DNA of 64,000 nt from an uncultured Bacilli bacterium (GCA_934098395.1 CAKOOM010000003.1:88091-152090), one strand, 5' to 3'; counted from the first letter of the stretch, positions 18,340 through 29,592 are shown. Notes: generated by a model not told the origin, from the letters alone. A program made the numbers and translations.

Positions 18340-19266
18340 TCATTGTTTAATTCCTTGATATGTATTTCTTTTTTTCATTTCCTTATCTATATCATTAAGT
18401 AACTGACATTTATCACATAACCATTTAGGTTCTACTAGCAAATCCTTATCCGGATCACTCGTAATTCTATTGATAACAATTTTTGAATTCAGTAATTCTA
18501 ATTGTTTAATAACTATATCTATGTATTCTTCTTTACTAAGAATATGAAATTTTGTCTTTTCATAAAGTCTAGCCATTTCTGTATCTTTAATAATATGTAA
18601 CATATGAATCTTTATACCTTGAATATCTAACTTATTTAAATGTCTTACTGTATCTAACATCATCTCTTCACTCTCAAATGGTAATCCATTAATAATATGT
18701 ACTAAAACATTAATATTTCTTTCCCTAAGTTTTTTAACCATTTCATCAAATTCATCAAGGGTATGACATCTATTAATTATCTCCGTAGTCTTTTTATGAA
18801 TAGTCTGTAGTCCAAGTTCAATAGTTAAAAAAGTCCTTTTATTAAGTTCTTCCAAATAATCCAAACACTCATCACTAATCGCATCACATCTCGTAGCTAT
18901 ATTAAGTCCAATAACATCGTCTATCTTAAGGACTTCTTCATATTTTTTACGAAGCACATCCACTGGGGCATAAGTATTAGTTCTTGCCTGAAAATAACCA
19001 ATATATTTACAAGGAATATGACGTTTATTAACAACTTCCTTAATTTCCATAAATTGTTCTGTTAAACTCTTATGGATATCTCCTCCAAATTCACCACTAC
19101 CACTTTTAGAACAATATATACATCCACCGTATCCTAGTGTTCCATCTAAATTAGGACAACTAAATCCACCATTTAAACTAACCTTAAATACCTTTATCCC
19201 AAATTTATTTTTATAAAAATAATTAAGTGTATGATATCTCTTATTATCTAGTGTATATTCAAACAT
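18340..19266 (-). CDS. Radical SAM protein, TIGR01212 family
   Basis: A CxxxCxxC-like cluster CPNLDGTLGYGGCIYC, 308 aa. Confidence 0.75.
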   Translation of the reverse strand: MFEYTLDNKRYHTLNYFYKNKFGIKVFKVSLNGGFSCPNLDGTLGYGGCIYCSKSGSGEFGGDIHKSLTEQFMEIKEVVNKRHIPCKYIGYFQARTNTYAPVDVLRKKYEEVLKIDDVIGLNIATRCDAISDECLDYLEELNKRTFLTIELGLQTIHKKTTEIINRCHTLDEFDEMVKKLRERNINVLVHIINGLPFESEEMMLDTVRHLNKLDIQGIKIHMLHIIKDTEMARLYEKTKFHILSKEEYIDIVIKQLELLNSKIVINRITSDPDKDLLVEPKWLCDKCQLLNDIDKEMKKRNTYQGIKQ

Positions 19267-19369
19267 AATACCACCTCAGTTAGTATTTTACCACATTTAA
19301 GTACGATAGTCTAATATAATAGACATCTATTCTAAACTATGTTATAATTACTGAAACAGGGAGATTTAT

Positions 19370-19891
19370 ATGAAATATTATTATGGCTTAGAAGACGCAA
19401 AGTATATAATCGAAGGATATACTAAAGTAAACAATAAAATAATAATAAGATATCTTGATCAATCAACAGAAACAGTTACCGATATTGATGGTACTTATGA
19501 AGAAGCTCTAAAAAAAAGAATGATAGACCAACTTATAAAAAGAAATAAAAGTATCGATATGAATTATCTTAACATGCGAGTATGTCTGGATACTCTATCA
19601 TTTTCATCCATCTACATCCTAGTATTAATAAATTATTATGTAACAAAGGGCGATATCTTAAATGCACTAACCCTAACAAATATTTTCGTTGGCGGTTATA
19701 CTTTCTCAAGAACAAAAAAATCTATTAATACCAAAAAAGATATAAAAAAAACTAATCTATTTCTAGAACTCTTAGAATATCTTGACAAAGATGATAAAAT
19801 GAATATCAATACTATCGACGATTACTCTTACAAACAAGTAAAATCTGTTTACAGAAAAGTGTTAAAAAAGCAAAAGACAATAGACAACTAG
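19370..19891 (+). CDS. Hypothetical protein with one predicted TM segment
   Basis: ORF with RBS. No recognised family. Confidence 0.45.
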   Translation: MKYYYGLEDAKYIIEGYTKVNNKIIIRYLDQSTETVTDIDGTYEEALKKRMIDQLIKRNKSIDMNYLNMRVCLDTLSFSSIYILVLINYYVTKGDILNALTLTNIFVGGYTFSRTKKSINTKKDIKKTNLFLELLEYLDKDDKMNINTIDDYSYKQVKSVYRKVLKKQKTIDN

Positions 19892-19927
19892 TCTTTCTTT
19901 TGATATAATACTATTGGAGGGTAACAT

Positions 19928-20212
19928 ATGGAAATAAAAGAATTTAAAGAATTTATTAATCCTGAACAAAAAGACTATGATTTATTAGGGGAACATACTA
20001 TTAAAGAGAAAGAAGAGAAAGAAAAAGATCCTCTTAGAAATGCTTTTAATGAGTTATATTTTTCATTAGGATGTCCCGAAGACTATGAATTAGCTCCATA
20101 TGGTATTACTGACAAAGATTTTACTAATCCAAGTAAAAAAAGCTTCGAAGCATTACGTAAATATGCTATTGATTATAATTTAATTAATGATAATCCTAAA
20201 GGAAGAAAGTAA
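19928..20212 (+). CDS. Hypothetical protein (94 aa)
   Basis: ORF with RBS GGAGGG. Confidence 0.4.
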   Translation: MEIKEFKEFINPEQKDYDLLGEHTIKEKEEKEKDPLRNAFNELYFSLGCPEDYELAPYGITDKDFTNPSKKSFEALRKYAIDYNLINDNPKGRK

Positions 20213-20269
20213 TTCTTTCTTTTTTTTAAATAATATGCTATCATATAGTCTAGATTGGAAGTGATTTAA

Positions 20270-21535
20270 ATGACTTTTGCAATACATACATTTGGTTGTA
20301 AAGTAAATATATATGAATCTGAATATGTAACAAATTTATTACAAACATCTGGATATGAAATGGTTGACTTCTCCAAAGAAGCCGACATCTATATTATAAA
20401 TACTTGTTCTGTTACTAACGAAGCTGATAAAAAAGACCGTAAATTAATTCACACAACAAGAAAAAATCATCCTGATAAAATTTTAATTGTTATGGGATGC
20501 TATTCGCAATTAAATAAAGATCTAATTGATGCCGACATTGTTTTAGGTAATAAATACAAGTCTGCAATTATTTCTCTTATTAAAGAGTATATAGAAACTA
20601 AAACCAAGATTGTAAAAGTTGAAGATATCTCTAAAACTAACTTTGAAGATATGTATATAAATAGATTTATAACCCATACTAGAGCCTTTGTTAAAATTCA
20701 AGATGGCTGTAATGCCTTTTGTGCTTATTGCGCCATTCCTTATGCCAGAGGTGGTATCAGAAGCAAAGATATGAAAATAGCTATTTCCGAAGTTACTAAC
20801 CTAGTAAACAATGGATATAAAGAAATAGTTTTAACTGGAATACACACCGGAAGATATGGCATAGATTTAGATACTAATCTCGAATCTTTATTAAAAGAAT
20901 TAATAAAAATCAAAGGAATATTAAGAATAAGATTATCAAGTATTGAAATAAATGAAATAACTCCAGGTATTATTAACCTAATAAAAACATCTAATGTAAT
21001 GGCTAAACATCTTCATATCCCGTTGCAATCAGGTTCCGAAGAAATCCTAAAAAGCATGAATAGACATTATACTAAAGAATATTTTATTGAAAAAGTATCA
21101 TCCATCAGAAAAGAAATCCCAGATATATCTATAACAACCGATCTAATTGTTGGCTTTCCTGGAGAAACCGAAGCAAATCATCAAGAAACAATCGATACTC
21201 TTAATAAAATTAAATTTACTAAAATTCATACTTTTCCATATTCCAAAAGAAATGGTACTAAAGCTGCCTCAATGCCTTGTCAAGTAGATGGAAATACCAA
21301 AAAATGTCGTGTAAAAGAAGTTCTTAACCTATCAGATAAATTTGAAGAAGAATTCTATAAAAGTAAAATATCTAATACTTATTCCGGCATTATAGAAACT
21401 AGAAAAGATGGTACAAAAGTAGTAATAACTACTAACTATATCCCAGTTGTTGTAGAAACTACTAGAAAAAACAATGAAATTGTCAATGTAACAATAACTC
21501 ATGTTGATACTTTAGTACATGGTAAAATTGACTAA
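20270..21535 (+). CDS. mtaB: tRNA (t6A37) methylthiotransferase MtaB (radical SAM MTTase)
   Basis: MTTase N-terminus FGCKVNIYESE, the radical SAM cluster CNAFCAYC, and a TRAM-like C-terminus. Confidence 0.8.
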   Translation: MTFAIHTFGCKVNIYESEYVTNLLQTSGYEMVDFSKEADIYIINTCSVTNEADKKDRKLIHTTRKNHPDKILIVMGCYSQLNKDLIDADIVLGNKYKSAIISLIKEYIETKTKIVKVEDISKTNFEDMYINRFITHTRAFVKIQDGCNAFCAYCAIPYARGGIRSKDMKIAISEVTNLVNNGYKEIVLTGIHTGRYGIDLDTNLESLLKELIKIKGILRIRLSSIEINEITPGIINLIKTSNVMAKHLHIPLQSGSEEILKSMNRHYTKEYFIEKVSSIRKEIPDISITTDLIVGFPGETEANHQETIDTLNKIKFTKIHTFPYSKRNGTKAASMPCQVDGNTKKCRVKEVLNLSDKFEEEFYKSKISNTYSGIIETRKDGTKVVITTNYIPVVVETTRKNNEIVNVTITHVDTLVHGKID

Positions 21536-21583
21536 TATTAAAAAATGTGTTAGTATATATACCCGTCAAAAAGGGGGATATAT

Positions 21584-22561
21584 ATGGATATAAAAAACTA
21601 TATCTTAAATAAATATTTAGATATTGATGAAATACTATTAAATTATTTAATTACATATTTTAATTATATTGATACCTATAATCTTTATCCATCTAATATT
21701 TTGTTAACAGATATTATTGATACAACTTTAACTAATGTAAGACGTATTATATTTTTTGATAAAGATAGTGATATTGTAAAAGCTGTTGGTGGAGATTTTC
21801 TAGGTATTACCATTAATGAAGAACAAACTATATATATAAATTCGCAAGCCAACGAAAAAACTAAAGAAACTACAATTTATCATGAAATACACCATGCTGC
21901 ACAAATAAAAAAAGATGCCTTAATTACTAATCCATACGATACCCTTGTGGGAATTCGCTTTAATAACCTAGGAATACTTATTAACGAAGCTCAAACAGCA
22001 TATCTAGCTGATTCAATTTATCAAGAAATTCATCATAACAAATCTGTTTATATTAATTATCCAAGCGATAAATTCCATATGTTACCTGGTGGAACAATTA
22101 TCTCTAACTTATCATGTTACCAAGTATATGATTATTTATTAACTAAACTTTCTTTTCTACTTGAATTACCAAAAGAGTTTTTTATAAAAATAAATTATCT
22201 TTTTGAACTAGATGATAATAATTATCCTAAAGGATTAACTGTTTTAAAAGAAATATATAATAAATATCAAACTATCTATAACATACCATTATCGTTTGAT
22301 AATCTTATGTATCAACTAGATTATATTGCATATATGTATGAATTAACACGCTCTAACTATGAAGAAGGAATGTATTATTTTTCACCTCATACATCTATTC
22401 CTGTAAACTTTAACCATCAACTTGAAATGCTTATTATGAACGGTTTAGATAAAGTATTTTTAACCAAGGATTTAAAAGAAAAAAATCCCGAAGTATATAA
22501 AAAATTATCTAACTATACCTTTAAAAACAAAAAAGTAAAAAAACTACAAAGAAATTTATAG
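21584..22561 (+). CDS. Hypothetical protein carrying a HEIHH (HExxH-like) motif
   Basis: 325 aa. Two H-E-I-H-H segments are present. No confident family. Confidence 0.45.
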   Translation: MDIKNYILNKYLDIDEILLNYLITYFNYIDTYNLYPSNILLTDIIDTTLTNVRRIIFFDKDSDIVKAVGGDFLGITINEEQTIYINSQANEKTKETTIYHEIHHAAQIKKDALITNPYDTLVGIRFNNLGILINEAQTAYLADSIYQEIHHNKSVYINYPSDKFHMLPGGTIISNLSCYQVYDYLLTKLSFLLELPKEFFIKINYLFELDDNNYPKGLTVLKEIYNKYQTIYNIPLSFDNLMYQLDYIAYMYELTRSNYEEGMYYFSPHTSIPVNFNHQLEMLIMNGLDKVFLTKDLKEKNPEVYKKLSNYTFKNKKVKKLQRNL

Positions 22562-22634
22562 AATTTTTAATAATTTTATGTTATGATGTATTTATATTTC
22601 AAGAAGAAATTCATATAAGAAAGGGAAATAAAAA

Positions 22635-23177
22635 ATGGAAGAAATATTACTAAATGCAGAAGAAAAAATGGAAAGTACAATTAACTCACTTGATTATAAA
22701 TTTACTAATGTTAGAGCAGGACGTGCTAATCCTAGTATGTTAGATGGCATAACAGTTGAGTACTATGGTAGTCAAACACCATTAAAACAACTAGCAAATA
22801 TCAGTATTCCTGAAGCTAGACAATTAATGATTAAACCATTTGATAAAGGAATACTTGGTGGTATTGAAAAAGCTATTTTCGAAGCTAATATTGGAATAAC
22901 TCCAAATAATAATGGAGAATGTATCTTTTTAGTCATTCCACCATTAACTGAAGATCGTCGTAAAGAATTAGTAAAACAAGTAAAATCTTTAGCTGAAGAA
23001 GCACGTATAGCACTAAGAAATATTCGTCAAGAAGCTAATAATGAATTAAAAAAATTAAAATTACCTGAAGATGAAGAAAAACAAGGTAATGAAGAAGTTC
23101 AAGAATTAATAAATAAATATAATAAAGTCGTAGATGAAAGACTAAAAGTCAAAGAACAAGATTTAATGACTATCTAA
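22635..23177 (+). CDS. frr: Ribosome recycling factor
   Basis: VRAGRANPSMLDGITVEYYG.... Confidence 0.92.
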   Translation: MEEILLNAEEKMESTINSLDYKFTNVRAGRANPSMLDGITVEYYGSQTPLKQLANISIPEARQLMIKPFDKGILGGIEKAIFEANIGITPNNNGECIFLVIPPLTEDRRKELVKQVKSLAEEARIALRNIRQEANNELKKLKLPEDEEKQGNEEVQELINKYNKVVDERLKVKEQDLMTI

Positions 23178-23202
23178 AAAAGTTATTAATAAGGGGGAAA
23201 TT

Positions 23203-23874
23203 ATGAAAGGTTTATATTTACCAACAAAAGATGATTTGTATCAAATGCAATCATCTAATGCTAATATCTATAAGTACTTAGTAGCTAAAAATATTGAAGC
23301 TCTAATATTTAATAGTAAAGACAAAGAAATATTAAAAAATGCCTATAAATATCAAAGAGAAGATCCTAATATCGCAAGAGGCATATGTATGATTAAACCA
23401 GATGAAATACCTTATAGTGATGTAGTTAAATATGATATAGAATTATGTAACTATCTATTACAATTAAAACCAAATACTATTTATCGTTTAGATAACTTAT
23501 CATACTTTAACACGTCAACACAGTTTAATCAAGCAATCATGGTAGAAACAATCATAACATTATATAATGAATTAAAAAGCAACCCAGAATATCGTTTTAA
23601 TTATAAAGAAAGCATATTACTTAATCAAATATTTACCTGTGATTCTTTTGCATTTTCTATATTGCCAAAAGACATCAAAGAAATGCTTGTCAGTATTGAA
23701 CCAGCATATGCTATTAACTTTGGATATCTTGGTATAGTAAATAAGTCAATTAATGAATATGCTGCTAGATACTTAATAGATAATGATTTAGGTTTATCTT
23801 TACTAAAAAAAGATATAATTACTAATCCAGATAAAGATGTAAAAAGACTATTAAAAACAATAAAACTAAGATAA
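23203..23874 (+). CDS. Hypothetical protein (223 aa)
   Basis: ORF with RBS AAGGGGGA. Confidence 0.45.
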   Translation: MKGLYLPTKDDLYQMQSSNANIYKYLVAKNIEALIFNSKDKEILKNAYKYQREDPNIARGICMIKPDEIPYSDVVKYDIELCNYLLQLKPNTIYRLDNLSYFNTSTQFNQAIMVETIITLYNELKSNPEYRFNYKESILLNQIFTCDSFAFSILPKDIKEMLVSIEPAYAINFGYLGIVNKSINEYAARYLIDNDLGLSLLKKDIITNPDKDVKRLLKTIKLR

Positions 23875-23889
23875 GGAAAAAGATATACA

Positions 23890-24062
23890 AATATAATTAT
23901 TTAAAGAGAGTTAGAATAGGTGAGAGCTAATAATAATTATGTATATCGTTCACCCTTGGAGTTTTAATGCTAACCAGCAATATCGGTTTAAGAGTATAAC
24001 TAAAAGTTATAAATAAAGGTGGTACCGCGGCTAAGTCGTCCTTTAATTTATAACTTTTTTCT
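23890..24062 (+). promoter_or_regulatory. T-box leader upstream of pheST, with terminator stem ~24001-24058
   Basis: The T-box consensus AAATAAAGGTGGTACCGCGG is at 24012-24031. The terminator arms TAAAAGTTATAAAT and ATTTATAACTTTT are followed by a T-run. Confidence 0.8.
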
Positions 24063-24085
24063 ATTTAAAAGAAGGAGAGATTATC

Positions 24086-25135
24086 ATGAATAAAGAAACA
24101 ATAGTAAATTTAAAAGAAGATATTAAAAAGAAATTCAGTGAAGATTTAAATCTTCAAAAACTAAATGATTTAAAAGTTGAATACCTAGGTAAAACAGGTA
24201 TTATTACTGAATTATCAAAAGAAATGAAAAATATTGCCAATGAAGATAAAAAAGAGTTTGGTAAACTAATAAATGAATTAAGAGAAGAGTTTAATAATTT
24301 ATATGAAGAAACTAAAGCCAAGATTGAAAAATCTATTTTAGATGAAAAATTATCTAAAGAAAAAATAGATATATCACTTCCTAGTACTAATTTACCTGTT
24401 GGTGCTCCAAATATTTTAGAGTTAGTTATCGAAGAAGTTGAAGAATTACTTATGTCTATGGGATATGATGTCGTAGATGGACCAGAAATTGAAGAAGATA
24501 AATATAACTTTGAATTATTAAATATCCCTAAAGGACACCCTGCTAGAGATGCTCAAGATACTTTCTATATCGAAGATGAAAAAATCCTCTTAAGAAGTCA
24601 AACATCCCCAATGCAAGTAAGAACTATGTTAAAAGGTGAAGGAAAGACTCCAATAAGAATGATTTGTCCTGGAAAAACATATCGTCGTGATGACGATGAT
24701 GCTACTCATTCACATCAATTCATGCAAATTGAAGGCTTACTCGTAGATAAAAATATTAGTTTATCTGATTTAAAAGGAACCTTCGATGTAATTGCTAAAA
24801 AATTATTTGGACCAGACTGTGTAACTAGATTTAGACCAAGTTACTATCAATTCACTGAACCATCCGTAGAAACTGATATCAGTTGCTTTAACTGTCACGG
24901 ATCAGGTTGTAATATATGTAAAAATACCGGATGGATCACCGTATCCGGAGCTGGTATGGTTCATCCTAATGTCTTAAGAAACTGTGGCTATGACCCTGAA
25001 GAATGGTCTGGATTCGCCTTTGGTTTTGGTGCCGAGAGATTAGCTATGTTAAAATATGGCATAAATGATATCAGAACCTTCTATATGACAGACTTAAGAG
25101 AAGTAAAAACATTTGATAGAAAGGAACGTGATTAA
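24086..25135 (+). CDS. pheS: Phenylalanyl-tRNA synthetase alpha subunit
   Basis: Class II aaRS motifs including FRPSYYQFTEPS and GFAFGFGAERLAM. Confidence 0.93.
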   Translation: MNKETIVNLKEDIKKKFSEDLNLQKLNDLKVEYLGKTGIITELSKEMKNIANEDKKEFGKLINELREEFNNLYEETKAKIEKSILDEKLSKEKIDISLPSTNLPVGAPNILELVIEEVEELLMSMGYDVVDGPEIEEDKYNFELLNIPKGHPARDAQDTFYIEDEKILLRSQTSPMQVRTMLKGEGKTPIRMICPGKTYRRDDDDATHSHQFMQIEGLLVDKNISLSDLKGTFDVIAKKLFGPDCVTRFRPSYYQFTEPSVETDISCFNCHGSGCNICKNTGWITVSGAGMVHPNVLRNCGYDPEEWSGFAFGFGAERLAMLKYGINDIRTFYMTDLREVKTFDRKERD

Positions 25136-25136
25136 T

Positions 25137-27509
25137 ATGATAAGCTTAAATTGGGTAAAAGACTATGTTGACTTAGAAGGAATAGACCTATCCGAATTAG
25201 CCGTAAAAATAACTAAAGCCGGAGTAAATGTTGAAAAAGTTTTAACTAATCATATTAATAATTTAACTATTGGTCTAGTTACTGAGTGTACTAAACATCC
25301 AGATAGCGACCATTTAAATATCTGTACCGTAGACCTTGGATCACATTCTACTCAAATCATCTGTGGGGCTCCAAATGTAAAAAAAGGTATCAAAGTAATC
25401 GTCGCTATGCCCGGAGCCATCCTACCAGGAAACTTTGAAATAAAAGTTAGCAAAATACGTGGTGTCGAATCAAATGGTATGATTTGTGCTTTATTTGAAC
25501 TAGGTCTTGAAGAAAAAACTGAAGAAAATTATCAAAAAGGAATATATATCTTACCAGACGATGCTCCTATAGGAACAGATCCACTAAAATATTTAAATCT
25601 AGATGATACCTTGTATGAACTAGACGTTCATAAACATCGTAATAATGATTGTTATTATCATATTGGCTTTGCTTACGAAATAGCTACTATTTTAAATAAA
25701 AAAGTAACTCTTCCAAAAGATGATTTTAAAGAAATAGCTGACAATATCAACGATCATTTTAAATTATCCGTAGAAACCGATAAATGTCCTTACTATAGTG
25801 CTAAAATGGTAAGCGATGTAACTATCAAACCATCACCAGATTTTATTCAAAAAAGATTAATCTCTGCCGGTATGAGACCAATAAATAATGTCGTAGATAT
25901 CTCTAACTACGTAATGCTTGAATACGGACAACCATTACACTTCTTTGATAAAGATAAACTAGGAAATAATATCTTAGTAAGACAAGCTAACGAAGGTGAA
26001 ACTATAACTACTCTAGATAATAAAGAAAGAATCTTATCCAAAAATGATATCGTAATAACTAATGGTACCACTCCAGTATGCATTGCTGGTGTAATGGGTG
26101 GCCTAAATACCGATGTAGATTCATCTACTAAAAATATCTTAATAGAAAGTGCTATCTTTAATCCCATTAGTATTCGTTATACCTCAAGTAGATTAAACCT
26201 AAAAAGCGAAGCCTCTATTAGATATGGTAAAGGATTAAACTACGAATATACTAACTTAGCCCTATTAAGAGCATGTCATCTATTAGAAAAATATGCTGAT
26301 GCTAAAATCTTATCTGGAACAGTACTATACGATAAAGTAGATAAAACTAAAAAAGTAGTAACCTTTAAAGAAGAAGATATCAATTCCTTACTAGGAATAA
26401 CTATCTCTGAAGAAGATATTGCTAAAGAATTAACAAGATTAGATTTTACCTATACTAAAAAAGATAATATCTTTACTTGTACTATTCCTAATCGAAGATT
26501 AGATATAGAGCCAAATACTAATGATATAGCTGAAGAAATAGGTAGATTATACGGATATCATAATCTCGTATCAACCCTTCCAGTATGTACTACTAAAAAA
26601 GGTGAATATATTGGTGATGTTAAATACCGTAAATTAGTATCCCGTAGATTAAGAACCCTTGGTCTAAACGAAACAAAAACCTATACCTTAACATCTCCAG
26701 ATATGGCTAAATTATTTAACTATGATAATCTTGAACAAATAAAATTACCTAATCCAATGAGTATCGATAAATCTATTATAAGAACATCTATCTTACCATC
26801 ACTATTAAATATTTATGAATATAACAAAGCCAGAAAAGTCGAAGATGTCCTAATCTATGAAATAAGCAAAACATATAGTAAAGATTATATCGAAGACACT
26901 AAAATAGCTATGTTACTAAAAGGAACTTATCTAACTAACAATTGGCAACATAACTGTGTTAAAATAGATTTCTATCTAGTAAAAGGAATTGTTGAAAACA
27001 TTCTAAATTATCTCGGATTAAAAAATAGATATACATTTATTCAAACAGAAATATCTTCTCTTCATCCAGGTATTAGTGCTAAAATAATTCTTGATAAAGA
27101 AGAAATAGGTATAATTGGAAGAATTCATCCATCTATTAACAAAGATGAAATATACTTAGCAGAATTATCTTTAAATAAATTAATTAAAACTATTAAACCA
27201 ATTAAATATATTCCTTCATCTAGATATCCTGAAATAAAAAAAGATGTATCATTCATTATTGATAAATCTACAACATGTAAAGAATTAATTGATACTATTA
27301 AAAAATCTGGAGGAAGATTATTATCAGATGTATCCGTATTTGATGTATATACTGGTTCTAATATCAAAGATAATGAACTATCAATTGCTTTCTCCCTAAC
27401 ATTTAAAGATGAGTTAAGAACTCTAACAGATGAAGAAGTAATGAATATCTTTAATAATATTATTAAAGATGTAACTACTAAACATCATGCTGTGTTAAGA
27501 GATAATTAA
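25137..27509 (+). CDS. pheT: Phenylalanyl-tRNA synthetase beta subunit. I place the start at ATG 25137 (MISLNW...)
   Basis: MISLNWVKDY..., a tRNA-binding domain, B3/4, B5 and FDX-ACB domains. ATG 25137 is preceded by AAAGGAACG. Confidence 0.92.
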   Translation: MISLNWVKDYVDLEGIDLSELAVKITKAGVNVEKVLTNHINNLTIGLVTECTKHPDSDHLNICTVDLGSHSTQIICGAPNVKKGIKVIVAMPGAILPGNFEIKVSKIRGVESNGMICALFELGLEEKTEENYQKGIYILPDDAPIGTDPLKYLNLDDTLYELDVHKHRNNDCYYHIGFAYEIATILNKKVTLPKDDFKEIADNINDHFKLSVETDKCPYYSAKMVSDVTIKPSPDFIQKRLISAGMRPINNVVDISNYVMLEYGQPLHFFDKDKLGNNILVRQANEGETITTLDNKERILSKNDIVITNGTTPVCIAGVMGGLNTDVDSSTKNILIESAIFNPISIRYTSSRLNLKSEASIRYGKGLNYEYTNLALLRACHLLEKYADAKILSGTVLYDKVDKTKKVVTFKEEDINSLLGITISEEDIAKELTRLDFTYTKKDNIFTCTIPNRRLDIEPNTNDIAEEIGRLYGYHNLVSTLPVCTTKKGEYIGDVKYRKLVSRRLRTLGLNETKTYTLTSPDMAKLFNYDNLEQIKLPNPMSIDKSIIRTSILPSLLNIYEYNKARKVEDVLIYEISKTYSKDYIEDTKIAMLLKGTYLTNNWQHNCVKIDFYLVKGIVENILNYLGLKNRYTFIQTEISSLHPGISAKIILDKEEIGIIGRIHPSINKDEIYLAELSLNKLIKTIKPIKYIPSSRYPEIKKDVSFIIDKSTTCKELIDTIKKSGGRLLSDVSVFDVYTGSNIKDNELSIAFSLTFKDELRTLTDEEVMNIFNNIIKDVTTKHHAVLRDN

Positions 27510-27525
27510 AAAATACTTAAAAATC

Positions 27526-28689
27526 TTAAGTATTTTTTTTCTTATCTATTAATTTAACATATTCCCATAATGTATCTTTAGCTAAATCATCCCAAGTTCT
27601 ATATAAATCAATATAACATTTCTCTCTAACTTTATTATATAACTTTCTATCCCTCAGTATCTCAATAACTCTATCAGCAAATTTTTCCGGATCATTTTCC
27701 GCTAAAAAACCATTAACATTATCGTTAACCGTCGCAGCAGTTACTGCACCCTTAATAAATACCGTCGGAGTTTTTTGACTAGCAGCTTCAATCTGTACTA
27801 ATGAAGAAGAATCAAATAGGGAAGGGAATAAAAATAATTTAGCTCTATTATAAATCTTAGCAAGTAATAATCTATCAGTAATCTTACCCGTAACTATAAT
27901 ATCATTTTCCATTTTCTTATCCTTAATTAGTTTTCTAAGTATCTTACCATCCTCATTAAGAGGTCCTACAAATAACATCTTAAAACTAACTTTCTTATCC
28001 TTAAGAATCTTAAGTACCTCTATTAAAAAGTCAATATTCTTTAAAATAGATATTCTTCCTACGAATAAAAATACTGTTTCATCCTTAGCAATATTAAACT
28101 TTTCATTAACTTCTTCATCATCTTTAACATATATCATATCTGTTGCATTATAAGTAACCATTGGTTTCTTTTTTATACCATAATCTACATATACATTCGC
28201 AACCTCATTATTAACAGCAATACATTCATCACAACTATCAAAAGTTTTAAGCGTATATTTCATCAAAAAAGCTATTATTGCTTTATTTCTTGTTCTTCTT
28301 TCAAACTCCATCTTAAATTGTGAATGCATCGTTGCAATAACCGGAATATTTTTCTTTCTAGCTATCTTTACTCCAAGATTTCCTACAATAAATGGCGAAT
28401 GTATATGAATAATATCAAAGTCAATATTCATAAGTTCCTTTACTGATTTTCTATCCATTAGGGGAGTAGTTAAATAATATCCTTGAGTTCTTAAATATTT
28501 ACTATCTATTCTTATAATATTATACTTATATTCTTCATTATAAACGCCTCGCATCTTAGGAACTACCACATATACCGTATGCCCGTTTTTAGCAAATATC
28601 TCTGCTAAATTATGCATAACCATAATAACCCCATTCATCGAAGGAAAATAATCATCCATAAAAATTCCAATGGTTAATTTCTTCATCAT
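27526..28689 (-). CDS. Family GT4 glycosyltransferase (a 1,2-diacylglycerol 3-glucosyltransferase-like glycolipid synthase)
   Basis: The N-terminus IGIFMDDYFPSMNGV resembles GT4/MGS-type enzymes. The C-terminus has the E-x7-E region. Confidence 0.75.
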   Translation of the reverse strand: MMKKLTIGIFMDDYFPSMNGVIMVMHNLAEIFAKNGHTVYVVVPKMRGVYNEEYKYNIIRIDSKYLRTQGYYLTTPLMDRKSVKELMNIDFDIIHIHSPFIVGNLGVKIARKKNIPVIATMHSQFKMEFERRTRNKAIIAFLMKYTLKTFDSCDECIAVNNEVANVYVDYGIKKKPMVTYNATDMIYVKDDEEVNEKFNIAKDETVFLFVGRISILKNIDFLIEVLKILKDKKVSFKMLFVGPLNEDGKILRKLIKDKKMENDIIVTGKITDRLLLAKIYNRAKLFLFPSLFDSSSLVQIEAASQKTPTVFIKGAVTAATVNDNVNGFLAENDPEKFADRVIEILRDRKLYNKVREKCYIDLYRTWDDLAKDTLWEYVKLIDKKKNT

Positions 28690-28734
28690 ATCACCCTTAT
28701 TATTATATCATATCATACATAAATTTTATGTCAA

Positions 28735-29592
28735 TTATATCAACTTATTAAACTCATCTGGCATCTTACATTCTAAATGTATTATTTTTTTACTAACCGG
28801 ATGAATAAATTCTAAAATATTAGCATGTAAACATAATCTCTTTATTGGATTACTCTTACATTTATATTTCTTATCTCCCACAATCGGATATCCGCGTTCA
28901 GAAAAATGTACTCTTATTTGATTTCTTCTACCCGTATCAATAAATACCTGTACCAAAGAATACTTTTGATTATTTCTTAGTACTTCATAATGAGTAATTG
29001 CCTCAAGCCCATACCCATTTTTTGATGAATAAACAAACTGTCTTTTATCTATTAATAAATTACTCTTAATTGTCCCTGATCCAGTCATTTTACCATCTAT
29101 AATAGCTATATAACCACGCTTCTTAACAAAATCATTCCAATTATTTTGCATCTTATCTCTAATATTCTTATTTTTACAAAATAAAAGTATTCCTGAAGTA
29201 TCCTGATCTAATCTATGAACTACAAAAATATACTTATTATTACTACTTTTCTTTACATAGTCAGATACCATTCGATAAGCTGTAATATTCTTCTCCTTAT
29301 CATTAGATATCGATAAAAGCCCACTAGGTTTATTAATAGCTACCAAGTATTCATCCTCATATATTACATCTATCTTTTCATCAAGTACTATTTTCTTAGT
29401 ATAAGATATCTCTATCTTATCTCCCTTATTAACAATAAAACTACTATTAGTTATGATCTTATCATTAACCATAACCATTCCATTCCTAATAAAATTCTTA
29501 ATACTTTTATTAGATAAATCTCCCTTAAACAAACTAATACTCTTTAGTAAAGGCATCCTATCAGATACTATAAAATCTTGTTTTTTATACAT
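28735..29592 (-). CDS. RluA-family pseudouridine synthase with an N-terminal S4 domain
   Basis: Catalytic motif HRLDQDTSG. Confidence 0.85.
   Translation of the reverse strand: MYKKQDFIVSDRMPLLKSISLFKGDLSNKSIKNFIRNGMVMVNDKIITNSSFIVNKGDKIEISYTKKIVLDEKIDVIYEDEYLVAINKPSGLLSISNDKEKNITAYRMVSDYVKKSSNNKYIFVVHRLDQDTSGILLFCKNKNIRDKMQNNWNDFVKKRGYIAIIDGKMTGSGTIKSNLLIDKRQFVYSSKNGYGLEAITHYEVLRNNQKYSLVQVFIDTGRRNQIRVHFSERGYPIVGDKKYKCKSNPIKRLCLHANILEFIHPVSKKIIHLECKMPDEFNKLI

Noticed and set aside
25113-25137. pheT start at 25113 (MIERNVINMISLNW) as given in the ORF track.
   Set aside because: ATG 25137 gives the conserved PheT N-terminus (MISLNWVKDY) and has an upstream SD. Position 25113 would overlap pheS by 23 nt and has no RBS.
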